Source: an uncultured Bacteroidales bacterium (GTDB lineage: Bacteria; Bacteroidota; Bacteroidia; Bacteroidales; VadinHA17). From it: a stretch of 64,000 nt of DNA. A program made the translations under genes and the position numbers. The stretch covers positions 143,259-207,258 of the forward strand of contig CAWJLF010000012.1 in the NCBI GenBank assembly GCA_963843635.1. The letters run 5' to 3'. A model generated the notes under the pieces. It did no database searches. It was not told the origin of the DNA and saw only the letters and a list, made by a program, of their open reading frames with translations. This document shows, in pieces, positions 28,495-37,662 of the stretch; position 1 is the stretch's first letter, and each line of letters opens with the position of its first letter.

Positions 28495-29843
28495 TTGAGA
28501 AAAATTAAACTAATAGACAACATTTCAGGGCTGCAGCTATTTCATCTGATGAAGCCGGTTGTCTTCCTTATTATAAGCATTATTTTTACAAAGACACATT
28601 ATACCCGTGCAGATATAGGGCAATGGGAAATGTTTATGTTTATCGCAGGACTTGTGACTTTCTTCTGGGTTACAGGTCTGATTCAATCACTTCTCCCCCT
28701 GTACCACAGGAACAGGACTTACAGGAAATTGGGAAGTAATGAGAGTTCAAAGTCACCTGAGATTTTCAATGCATTTCTTCTCCTGTGCGTTTTCAGTGTA
28801 TTTGTATATATCATAGGGCTCTCTCTGAAATATAATTTTTCAGTTTTTCATATGTCGGGTGATGTTCCCTATATAAACCTTTTATTGCTTTATATCCTGC
28901 TGAGCAGTCCTGTATGCCTTATCGAGTATATCTATCTTCTCAACAACAGGTCATACCGAATTTTTCAGTACGGCGCCTATACATATACCACACAGTTGAT
29001 CCTTGTTATAACACCTTTGCTTCTCGGAAAAGACATTATTTGGTCCATTTACGGGCTACTGGCTATTACCGGAATAAGATGGATATGGTTGATTTTTCTT
29101 CTAAGACGCTATACTGAAATGAAAATTTCAGTGAAATTTATGAAAGAACATCTCTACCTGGGCTTGCCGCTGATTATCACTACATTGATAAGCGGGTCGG
29201 CACAGTACACGGACGGAGTTATTGTCTCGGCTGTTTACAGAGATCCACGGTGTTTGCATTATTCCGTTACGGTGCAAAGGAATTTCCTCTGGTCCTTATG
29301 CTAGCCAATGGTCTGAGTGCAGCAATGCTTCCGGAATTTTCCACCCGTGAAAAGATGAAGGAATCACTGGCTAAAATCAGGGCTAAGTCGAAGAGGTTGA
29401 TGCACCTTCTTTTCCCTCTTGCCATGATCATGATGCTGTTTTCCAGGTGGATATACCCGAGGATGTTCAACCCTGACTTCTACAGAAGCGCTGATGTCTT
29501 CCTGATTTATTCCCTGCTCATCATTCCCAGGCTTATCTTTCCCCAGACCATTATTGTAGGCAGGAAAAAAACACATATTACATTAATAGCTGCTATTCTG
29601 GAACTGATTGTTAATATTCCCATGAGTCTTTTAATGATAAAGCTCGGATATGGAGTTGTTGGGGTAGCACTATCCACATTTATCGTCTACTTAATAGGAA
29701 AAGGATTTCTGGTTGCTTACCTGTGGGTAAAGATGAAAATAAGACCTTCCGATTATATTCCACTGGAGGTATATACCCTGTACTCTTTTTTAGTGGGAGT
29801 TATGTTTGTACTTATTGACCACAGGGTAATTGGTAATTATTAA
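28495..29843 (+). pseudogene. polysaccharide biosynthesis / oligosaccharide flippase (Wzx/MOP-like) with one frame disruption near 29236-29250
   Basis: ORFs 28495..29304 and 29250..29843 overlap. The junction reads ...VSAVYRDP / (T)VFALFRYGAKEFPLVLMLANGLS. About 12 or more TM helices in total, about 449 codons. Confidence 0.6.
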
Positions 29844-29920
29844 CTTGCCGGTCGGTGGCCGGAATCCCGTTCAGGGTATGGAAAATCTGGTTATATTTGT
29901 AATACGCTCCACTAAACTGA

Positions 29921-31165
29921 ATGGAAAAGCAATTTTCAAAAACAAATTTAATGCAGGTAATTGAAGTCGTTACAAAACAAGACAAGAAGGAATTTATTAA
30001 TTTCCCGAAGAGACTCTATAAAGGTGATCCATATTGGGTATGCCAGCTGGATGATGATATAGAGTCTGTCTTTGACAGGTCAAAAAACCCGACATTCAGT
30101 CATGGTGATGCAAAACGATGGATTTTGAAGGATGATGATAACAGGACTATTGGCAGGGTAGCAGCTTTTATCGATCAGATCAGGTCCGCTGCAAATAACC
30201 AGCCTACCGGTGGAATAGGATATTTTGAGGTTATTGAGGAAAGGGAGGCCGCCTTTGCGCTCTTTGATGTGGCCAGGGAATGGCTGGGTTCACTGGGCAT
30301 GGAAGCTATGGACGGCCCTATAAATTTTGGTGAAAATGATAATAACTGGGGACTCCTGGTAGAGGGATTTATACAACAGGGTTTCGGTATGCCTTATAAC
30401 AGGCAGTATTACAGGGAATTCTTTGAAGAATATGGATTCAGGAACTATTTTGAACAGTATTCCTATCACAGGGATGTGCGCCGGCCCGATGGAAAAATAG
30501 TAATGTTCCCGGAGAGGATAATGAAGATTGCTGAATGGCTGTCTAAAAGACAGGGATATTCATTCCGTCATTTTGAATTCAGGAATAAGGATAAATATAT
30601 CAACGACATAGTTGATATATATAACTCAACCTGGTCGGTGTTTAAGGATGACTTTACGCCACTCGATCCGGCGTTTCTAAATGAGTCGCTAAGCAAAGCA
30701 AGACCCATTATTGACCAGGAGCTTATTTGGTTTGCCTATTTCAATGATAAACCGATTTCATTCTTTATCCTCTTTCCTGACCTTAACCAGATCCTGAAAT
30801 ACTTCAATGGTACCCTGAATCTCTGGAATATATTACGTTTCGGGTATTTTAAATTAACTCATAAAATGACGAGGATGAGAGCCGTGGTGGGAGGCGTTCA
30901 CCCAACTTACCAGAATAGCGGGGTTGAATCGGCAATATTCTTTCAGTTGTATCAGGTTTTCAAAAGGAAGCCCTGGTTTACAGAACTGGAGTTATCATGG
31001 GTTGGAGATTATAATCCCAAGATGATAGCTATATATGAGGCCCTGGGGGCCAGGAAGGCAAAAATGCATGTCACTTACCGCTACCTCATTAATGACAGGC
31101 TTGCTTTCAGGAGATTTAAAGATGAAATGGCTGATAAACAGGGCTTAAAGCATGAAAATAAATAG
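29921..31165 (+). CDS. conserved hypothetical protein (possibly GNAT-fold acyltransferase-like)
   Basis: Solid 414-aa ORF preceded by a TATATTTG box at 29892. The functional guess rests only on loose resemblance (VGGVHPTYQNSGVESAIF acetyl-CoA-site-like segment). Confidence 0.35.
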   Translation: MEKQFSKTNLMQVIEVVTKQDKKEFINFPKRLYKGDPYWVCQLDDDIESVFDRSKNPTFSHGDAKRWILKDDDNRTIGRVAAFIDQIRSAANNQPTGGIGYFEVIEEREAAFALFDVAREWLGSLGMEAMDGPINFGENDNNWGLLVEGFIQQGFGMPYNRQYYREFFEEYGFRNYFEQYSYHRDVRRPDGKIVMFPERIMKIAEWLSKRQGYSFRHFEFRNKDKYINDIVDIYNSTWSVFKDDFTPLDPAFLNESLSKARPIIDQELIWFAYFNDKPISFFILFPDLNQILKYFNGTLNLWNILRFGYFKLTHKMTRMRAVVGGVHPTYQNSGVESAIFFQLYQVFKRKPWFTELELSWVGDYNPKMIAIYEALGARKAKMHVTYRYLINDRLAFRRFKDEMADKQGLKHENK

Positions 31166-31275
31166 CCGGTTTATAAATCTTACAATTATTTTGTTATTTG
31201 AATAATGTTAATTAATTTTGCAAACCCTAAATGGGCTGAAATTATATAAAATACTAAGGAATAAAATACTGAGCA

Positions 31276-31539
31276 ATGAAAAATGGAATTCATCCGGACA
31301 ATTACAGGTTTGTAATATTTCAGGATATGTCAAACGGACATGCCTTTATGAGTAAATCGACTGCCCCTTCAAAGGAAAAGATCAAATGGGAAGACGGTAA
31401 TGAATATCCTCTTATCAAGCTTGAAATATCAAACACATCGCATCCTTTCTATACAGGTAAGATGAAGCTTGTTGATACTGCCGGAAGGGTTGATAAGTTC
31501 ATGAACCGTTATAAGGACCATGTGGGAAAAAAGAAATAA
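31276..31539 (+). CDS. rpmE2: 50S ribosomal protein L31, type B (zinc-independent)
   Basis: [10 protein letters not shown] ... HPFYTGK ... DTAGRVDKF. No CxxC zinc motif, 87 aa. Confidence 0.9.
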   Translation: MKNGIHPDNYRFVIFQDMSNGHAFMSKSTAPSKEKIKWEDGNEYPLIKLEISNTSHPFYTGKMKLVDTAGRVDKFMNRYKDHVGKKK

Positions 31540-31563
31540 GAAGTATAGATAATTATGGAAAAG

Positions 31564-31598
31564 GGGAGGGCTATGAACTTGCATAGCCCTCCCTTTTT
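31564..31598 (+). terminator. rho-independent terminator after rpmE2
   Basis: GGGAGGGCTATG-aacttg-CATAGCCCTCCC followed by TTTTT. Confidence 0.7.
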
Positions 31599-31604
31599 CC
31601 ATTA

Positions 31605-31620
31605 TGGCACAATCATTGCA
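31605..31620 (+). promoter_or_regulatory. sigma-54 (-24/-12) consensus promoter candidate upstream of lon
   Basis: TGGCAC-AATCA-TTGCA with exact GG-N10-GC spacing, 134 nt upstream of the lon ATG. Confidence 0.4.
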
Positions 31621-31655
31621 TAGCCCTCTATCAGGTCTTTTGTTAAAATTATATG

Positions 31656-31663
31656 TAATTTTG
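31656..31663 (+). promoter_or_regulatory. Bacteroidota-type -7 box upstream of lon
   Basis: TAATTTTG, 91 nt upstream of the lon ATG. Confidence 0.3.
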
Positions 31664-31753
31664 ACATGCCTGTTAATCAGAATAAGAAGGGAGTACTCCA
31701 TGATAATGACCAGGGAGGTAACAGACCGAAATAAGTAAGGAGTAAAAGGAGTT

Positions 31754-34216
31754 ATGGAAAAGAAATTCAGGAACCGGGTCAGCGAGATATTGATACCGGA
31801 TATCATTGATGGTGATGGAGATATCATACCAATTATTGCTGACGGAGATGATAGCGAACTTGAGGATATGGATGTGCCGGAGACTATTCCGATTCTTTCA
31901 TTAAGAAATACAGTATTGTTTCCGGGGGTTGTACTGCCTATCTCCATAGGCCGGCCGAAATCTATTCAGCTGATCAAGGATGCCTACAGGAATGATAAAA
32001 TAGTTGGTACCGTTGCACAGCAAGATCCGGACACTGAAAATCCGAAATATAGCGATCTTCATAATATAGGTACCATTGGCTTGATAGTTAAGCTTCTGGA
32101 AATGCCCGATGGTTCAACAACAGCAATTATACAGGGAAGAAAGAGAATGATGCTGCAGGAACTTGTCTCTGATAATCCGTATTTTACTGCGAAGGTAAAG
32201 ACTCTGCCTGAGATAAAGCCTGATTCATTGAGCAAGGATTTCGATGCTATTGTAGGGTCACTGAAAGATCTGTCTCTTAAGATCATAAAGATAAATCCCA
32301 ATATAAGTCCGGAGGCCTCTTTTGCAGTTAAAAACATAGAGAATAACACATACCTGATTAATTTTATCTGTTCAAACACTGACATCAAAGTTCAGGACAA
32401 GCAGAAATTGCTGGAAATAAGCAGTTTGCGCGATAGGGGCTTTATGCTGTTGGAATATATGGTACAGGAAATACAGGTTCTGGAACTTAAGAATGAACTG
32501 CAGTCAAAGGTAAAAAGCGATCTTGATCAGCAACAAAGGGAGTTTCTATTACATCAGCAGATGAAGACCATTCAGAATGAACTTGGTGGCAATCCCGCTG
32601 AAAAAGAGATCGAAGAGTACAAAAAAAGAGCCGGGGATAAAAAATGGACTGAGGATGTTAAGAAGGTATTTGAAAAGGAACTTGAAAAACTAGGTCGTTT
32701 AAATCCTGCTGCAGCTGAATATTCCGTGCAGGTAAACTATATTCAGACACTCCTGGAATTGCCGTGGGGTGAGTATACTGATGATAATCTCGATCTTAAG
32801 AACGCACGCAGTGTTCTCGACTTTGATCATTTCGGGCTGGAGGAGGTTAAGGAGAGAATTCTGGAGCACCTTGCTGTTTTAAAGCTAAAGGGCGATCTTA
32901 AATCACCGATACTTTGTCTTTATGGTCCTCCTGGAGTTGGTAAAACCTCGTTGGGCCGGTCAATATCCAAAGCGATTGACAGAAAATATGTCAGAATGTC
33001 ACTAGGGGGCCTGCACGATGAGGCTGAGATACGGGGACACAGGAAAACTTATATCGGAGCCATGCCTGGAAGAATAATTCAGAACATTAAAAGAGCCGGT
33101 TCATCGAACCCTGTTTTTATTCTTGATGAGATTGACAAGGTAGGACAGGATTTCAGAGGTGATCCTTCATCTGCTTTACTGGAAGTCCTTGATCCTGAAC
33201 AGAACAGCACTTTCTTTGATAATTTCCTTGAAATGGAATATGACCTGTCAAAGGTTATGTTCATTGCCACCGCTAATACATTATCGACAATCAGTCCGGC
33301 ACTGAGGGACAGGATGGAGATGATTGAAATAACCGGTTACCTGGTTGAGGAAAAAATTGAGATAGCCCGGGCACATCTCTTTCCAAAACAACTGGAGAAT
33401 CATGGAGTGAAACCGGAACAGTTAATACTCAATGATTCTGTTATTGAATTGATAATTGAAAAATATACACGGGAATCTGGAGTCAGAGAGCTCAATAAAC
33501 GATTGGCTAAAATAGTAAGGGTGATAGCAAAAAATATTGCTTCGGAAACAAAATACAACATAGAGCTTTCGAGGGAGGATATTTATGCGATACTTGGATC
33601 TACAAGATATAACAGGGATATATACTCGGGCAACGAACAGGCAGGAGTTGTCACCGGTCTTGCCTGGACAGCTGCAGGCGGAGAGATATTGTTTATAGAA
33701 ACAAGCATTAGCCGGGGCACCGGGAAGCTTACATTAACCGGAAATCTTGGTGATGTAATGAAGGAATCGGCTGTCATTGCTCTGGAATATCTTAAATCAA
33801 ATGCAGAGTTGCTTGAACTCCCGGATAATTTTTCAGAGAGGTGGAATATACATATACATGTTCCTGAGGGTGCTATACCTAAAGATGGTCCTTCAGCAGG
33901 TATTACAATGGCAACATCCATTGCTTCAGCCTTTACTCAGAGAAAAGTAAAGAAGTACCTGGCTATGACCGGTGAGATAACTCTGAGAGGGAAGGTGTTA
34001 CCTGTTGGCGGAATCAAGGAAAAGATACTTGCAGCAAAGAGAGCCAGTATTAAGGATATAATTGTGTCAGAAGAAAACAGGAAAGATGTTGAGGATATAA
34101 AGGATATTTATATCCGGGGTTTGAAATTTCATTATGTACAGACCATTATGGAAGTTCTGGAACTGGCACTGCTACGTCAGAAGGTCAAAAATCCTAAAAA
34201 AATATCATTCGAATGA
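31754..34216 (+). CDS. lon: ATP-dependent Lon protease (endopeptidase La)
   Basis: 820 aa. Walker [10 protein letters not shown], and the catalytic region [14 protein letters not shown] with ...[18 protein letters not shown]. Confidence 0.95.
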   Translation: MEKKFRNRVSEILIPDIIDGDGDIIPIIADGDDSELEDMDVPETIPILSLRNTVLFPGVVLPISIGRPKSIQLIKDAYRNDKIVGTVAQQDPDTENPKYSDLHNIGTIGLIVKLLEMPDGSTTAIIQGRKRMMLQELVSDNPYFTAKVKTLPEIKPDSLSKDFDAIVGSLKDLSLKIIKINPNISPEASFAVKNIENNTYLINFICSNTDIKVQDKQKLLEISSLRDRGFMLLEYMVQEIQVLELKNELQSKVKSDLDQQQREFLLHQQMKTIQNELGGNPAEKEIEEYKKRAGDKKWTEDVKKVFEKELEKLGRLNPAAAEYSVQVNYIQTLLELPWGEYTDDNLDLKNARSVLDFDHFGLEEVKERILEHLAVLKLKGDLKSPILCLYGPPGVGKTSLGRSISKAIDRKYVRMSLGGLHDEAEIRGHRKTYIGAMPGRIIQNIKRAGSSNPVFILDEIDKVGQDFRGDPSSALLEVLDPEQNSTFFDNFLEMEYDLSKVMFIATANTLSTISPALRDRMEMIEITGYLVEEKIEIARAHLFPKQLENHGVKPEQLILNDSVIELIIEKYTRESGVRELNKRLAKIVRVIAKNIASETKYNIELSREDIYAILGSTRYNRDIYSGNEQAGVVTGLAWTAAGGEILFIETSISRGTGKLTLTGNLGDVMKESAVIALEYLKSNAELLELPDNFSERWNIHIHVPEGAIPKDGPSAGITMATSIASAFTQRKVKKYLAMTGEITLRGKVLPVGGIKEKILAAKRASIKDIIVSEENRKDVEDIKDIYIRGLKFHYVQTIMEVLELALLRQKVKNPKKISFE

Positions 34217-34695
34217 AAAAAATAGCTGTTTTTCCCGGGTCATTTGATCCTTTCACCATCGGTCATGAATCAATTGTCAGAAGAGCACTGGATCTTTTTG
34301 ATGAGATAATTATTGCTGTCGGGGCCAATGCGCTGAAGAAAAATTACTATTCTCTTGAAACCAGGAAAGAGATCATCAACAATGTGTTTAAGGATGAACC
34401 CGCGGTAAGAGTTGATCATTATGAGGGCCTTACCGTTGATTATTGCAAAAGAAATAAAGCAAGTTACCTGCTTCGTGGCTTAAGGACTGCTGCTGATTTT
34501 GAATTTGAAAGGGCAATAGGCCAGGTCAACAGGTCACTCGAACCTTCTATAGAATCTGTGTTTCTTCTTACCGTACCAGAACATTCCCATATTAATTCCA
34601 CCATCGTACGCGATATAATAAGAAGCGGAGGTGATGCTTCTCAATTTTTACCGGGATCGATAAATATTAATGATTATAAGGGAATGGATAATTGA
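34213..34695 (+). CDS. coaD: pantetheine-phosphate adenylyltransferase
   Basis: AVFPGSFDPFTIGHESIV ... YLLRGLR ... INSTIVRDI. Confidence 0.9.
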   Translation: MKKIAVFPGSFDPFTIGHESIVRRALDLFDEIIIAVGANALKKNYYSLETRKEIINNVFKDEPAVRVDHYEGLTVDYCKRNKASYLLRGLRTAADFEFERAIGQVNRSLEPSIESVFLLTVPEHSHINSTIVRDIIRSGGDASQFLPGSININDYKGMDN

Positions 34696-34697
34696 TC

Positions 34698-35312
34698 TTA
34701 GCGCAGTATGGAGCAGTTAATGATTTCCATCAGGGACAGCCATGCATCAGTTTTTATTGAATTCAATTCATCTGGTAACAACCACTGTACTTTAGTTATC
34801 CCTTCTTCCACCTGGGGGTCCGTTAACATTTCTCCTTCATAACTCATAAGGAACCAGTGTGTTTTTTTAAGGTAGGAAATACCCTGCCAGCTGTAGGTGT
34901 GATAACTTGGCAGCATATTGCCAATAATGGTATGCCCGCTTATTCCACATTCCTCTGCAACCTCTCTTAATGCACAGGCTTCCGGCTCTTCTCCTTCTTC
35001 AATATGTCCCTTCGGCAGGTCGAGTTTCCCTTTCTTTTCGATAAAAAGATAATGTCCGGTATTATGTTTTACCAGTCCTCCGGCAGCACCCACCTCTGTA
35101 AAATAAATACGAAATATCTTCCACAGATGTTTTATATTAGTGCCATAGATGTTTATAGAACTGATAGATTTATTTGCCTGGAATTCAGCGATTAGTTTAT
35201 AAAGTTCACTGGTATCATTGAATTTATGGAATAAGCCGTATTTTTGTAACCTGTCAGGTTCAGGGCTTATCATTATGAATCTGTTCTCAAAATGAACCTT
35301 ATAACTATCCAT
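34698..35312 (-). CDS. NUDIX hydrolase
   Basis: Nudix box LPKGHIEEGEEPEACALREVAEECGI. Confidence 0.8.
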   Translation of the reverse strand: MDSYKVHFENRFIMISPEPDRLQKYGLFHKFNDTSELYKLIAEFQANKSISSINIYGTNIKHLWKIFRIYFTEVGAAGGLVKHNTGHYLFIEKKGKLDLPKGHIEEGEEPEACALREVAEECGISGHTIIGNMLPSYHTYSWQGISYLKKTHWFLMSYEGEMLTDPQVEEGITKVQWLLPDELNSIKTDAWLSLMEIINCSILR

Positions 35313-35954
35313 ATGGAAAATATTGCGAAAAAAACAGCTGAATATCTTTTACAAATTAAAGCAATTAAATTGCAACCATCAAATCCTTTTACCTGGGCAT
35401 CAGGCTGGAAATCTCCAATATATTGTGACAATCGGAAAACTCTCTCCTATCCAGTGATCAGAAGTTTCATCTGTGAATCATTTGTAGCGTTACTTAAAGA
35501 GTACTACCCTGAAACTGAAGTAATTGCCGGAGTAGCAACAGGAGCAATTGCTCATGGTACACTAGTAGCGGATAGGCTTGGCTTACCATTTATTTACGTA
35601 CGGGCCGGGGCCAAGGAACATGGTCTGGGAAACCAGATAGAGGGTCATTATGTTGCCGGGCAGAAAGTTGTGGTCATTGAGGACCTGATCTCAACAGGCG
35701 GGAGCAGTCTTAGTGCGGTTAGAGCACTAAAAGACGCAGGCTGTAATGTGTCAGGCATGCTTGCAATTTTTTCCTATGAATTCCGTAAAGCGGTTGATGC
35801 CTTTGAGTCTGAGGATTGTAAACTTATTACCCTCGGCAATTACTCTTCACTGATTGAAACAGCCTTAAAGATCGGATATATAGGACAGGCTGAGGTGGAG
35901 ACACTCAGACAGTGGCGTCTTGATCCTGGTAGATGGGAAGTAAAACAAAATTAA
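35313..35954 (+). CDS. pyrE: orotate phosphoribosyltransferase
   Basis: FTWASGWKSPIYCDNR plus the PRPP-binding VVVIEDLISTGGSS motif. Preferred start is the internal MENIAKK. Confidence 0.9.
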   Translation: MENIAKKTAEYLLQIKAIKLQPSNPFTWASGWKSPIYCDNRKTLSYPVIRSFICESFVALLKEYYPETEVIAGVATGAIAHGTLVADRLGLPFIYVRAGAKEHGLGNQIEGHYVAGQKVVVIEDLISTGGSSLSAVRALKDAGCNVSGMLAIFSYEFRKAVDAFESEDCKLITLGNYSSLIETALKIGYIGQAEVETLRQWRLDPGRWEVKQN

Positions 35955-35957
35955 ATT

Positions 35958-36389
35958 ATGGGTGATATTTCATATTTCGAAAGCAGGTCAGGAGACCTGG
36001 TCTGCTCTCCAAAAGAGATATTTGACTTTGCAGGTGATATGCGGAATTTTAATAAACTTATCCCCCGGGGCACAATAAATGACTGGAGTGCTGAGGAGAG
36101 TTCCTGCAGCTTTAATGTTTCAATGCTAGGAACAGTAAGGGTTGTTATCAGCGAGAAAGATCAATACACCCGTATAGTTTATACAGGTGATGCTCTTAAC
36201 AAAAACGACTTCACCCTTTCGCTTCTTATAGACATGAATAGCGATATGACTGCCAGGGTCAGGCTGGAATTAAATGCGGAACTTAACACTATGATGAAGA
36301 TGATTGCTGCCAAGCCGATCGCGCAATTCCTGGAATTGCTTATCAGTGAGATGGAAAAATTTGACGGGTGGGGGGAGACTATAAAATAA
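35958..36389 (+). CDS. hypothetical protein (SRPBCC-like fold suspected)
   Basis: 143-aa ORF tightly following pyrE. The fold guess is by size and pattern only. Confidence 0.35.
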   Translation: MGDISYFESRSGDLVCSPKEIFDFAGDMRNFNKLIPRGTINDWSAEESSCSFNVSMLGTVRVVISEKDQYTRIVYTGDALNKNDFTLSLLIDMNSDMTARVRLELNAELNTMMKMIAAKPIAQFLELLISEMEKFDGWGETIK

Positions 36390-37119
36390 ATTCAATTTCC
36401 TTGAAGGAATAATGGGTTTTATTCCCTGATTTCCTTTCAACCTCTAACATGCCATTGCCGGAAATTCCGGTTATCCTTCCTGTGAATATACTCTCTGAGT
36501 CCCTGAAACCATGCCATTCATTGTACCGGAATAATCTCCCGGCATACTCCTCCGTGATTTCTGAATCCTTGCCGGAAAGCAATTGCTTATACCTGTTGTC
36601 AAGGTCTGCAGAGATTAGGGTAAGACCTGATGTAAGGTCATATTCCACTCCGGTTATTTGTTTAAGTGATATCGGATTGGGAGCACTGCTTAAAAATAAT
36701 TCCTGGTTAATGTTAAATCCTATTCCGGCTATTGAATATTCAATTCTGTCTTCCATTATAGAATTTTCAATCAGAATACCTGCTATTTTGTCATCATCAA
36801 CATAAATGTCATTAGGCCATTTTACTTTTGCGGACCTTATATACCTCTCTGCAAAGTCGCAGACACCTAATGATATCAACATTGAAATCAAAAACTGCTG
36901 ATCAGGCTTAATGCCGGATGGACGCAGTAATATACTGAATAACAGATTTTTATTCTTTTCGCTTTCCCATCTGCTATTGGAATATCCTCTTCCTGCACTC
37001 TGATAACCAGTACTGACAATGGTCCCTTCCTGCAGATCCTGGATCTTAACAAGGTCAGTCAGGTAACTATTGGTTGATGGCAGACTTTCCTTGAAAATTT
37101 TATTTACACCTATTATCAT
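36379..37119 (-). CDS. birA: biotin--[acetyl-CoA-carboxylase] ligase (group I, no N-terminal HTH)
   Basis: QSAGRGYSNSRWESEKNKNLLFSILL and KWPNDIYVDDDKIAGILIE motifs, 246 aa. Confidence 0.85.
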   Translation of the reverse strand: MIIGVNKIFKESLPSTNSYLTDLVKIQDLQEGTIVSTGYQSAGRGYSNSRWESEKNKNLLFSILLRPSGIKPDQQFLISMLISLGVCDFAERYIRSAKVKWPNDIYVDDDKIAGILIENSIMEDRIEYSIAGIGFNINQELFLSSAPNPISLKQITGVEYDLTSGLTLISADLDNRYKQLLSGKDSEITEEYAGRLFRYNEWHGFRDSESIFTGRITGISGNGMLEVERKSGNKTHYSFKEIEFIL

Positions 37120-37184
37120 AGTAAACAGCTTTTTATACAGGATTCTATGTTTATTTAAGCAAGATTTTTAATTGTCTCCAAAGT

Positions 37185-37200
37185 TGGCATTGAAATTGCA
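37185..37200 (+). promoter_or_regulatory. sigma-54 (-24/-12) consensus promoter candidate upstream of rsfS-ftsH
   Basis: TGGCAT-TGAAA-TTGCA with exact GG-N10-GC spacing, 76 nt upstream of the rsfS ATG. Confidence 0.4.
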
Positions 37201-37239
37201 AAAGTAATTTATAGTGACAAAAAATACAGATAAAAGTGG

Positions 37240-37247
37240 TACTTTTG
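37240..37247 (+). promoter_or_regulatory. Bacteroidota-type -7 box upstream of rsfS
   Basis: TACTTTTG, 29 nt upstream of the ATG at 37276. Confidence 0.35.
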
Positions 37248-37275
37248 CGACTTAATAACAAACTGATAGACATTG

Positions 37276-37647
37276 ATGAAGAAAAGATCTGACGGAACTG
37301 ATGCTCTCCTTGGTAGCATATTGAAGGGAATATTTTTAAAGAAGGGACAGAAAGTTCTGAAAATTGACCTTAGGAAACTCGAAAACAGGATCACGGATTA
37401 TTTTGTTATTTGTCACGCCTCTTCCGGTACCCAGGTAAGCGCAATATGCGATTCCGTGGAGGACACAGCAAGAGAAGAAGCAGGTGAAAAGCCAATACAT
37501 ATTGAAGGGCTCGATAACAGTTTTTGGGTGCTTCTCGATTATGGTAATGTAGTGGTTCATATTTTTCTTGAAGAGTACAGAAATTTTTACAGCCTTGAGT
37601 CTCTCTGGGCTGATGCGGATATTGAAGTCATGGAAGATGTAATATAA
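37276..37647 (+). CDS. rsfS: ribosome silencing factor
   Basis: ITDYFVICHASSGTQV...WVLLDYGNVVVHIF...R.FYSLE.LW pattern. Confidence 0.85.
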   Translation: MKKRSDGTDALLGSILKGIFLKKGQKVLKIDLRKLENRITDYFVICHASSGTQVSAICDSVEDTAREEAGEKPIHIEGLDNSFWVLLDYGNVVVHIFLEEYRNFYSLESLWADADIEVMEDVI

Positions 37648-37662
37648 GAAGGAGTAATATTT

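Noticed and set aside
28185-28500. tRNA-His flank examined as a possible integration site for a genomic island.
   Set aside because: No integrase. I could find no direct repeat of the tRNA 3' end. The flanking genes (ccsBA, flippase) look like ordinary chromosomal genes.
31429-31947. 172-aa minus-strand ORF spanning the rpmE2-lon spacer.
   Set aside because: It overlaps the 3' end of rpmE2, a terminator and the 5' end of lon. Ser/Ile-rich nonsense composition. Spurious.
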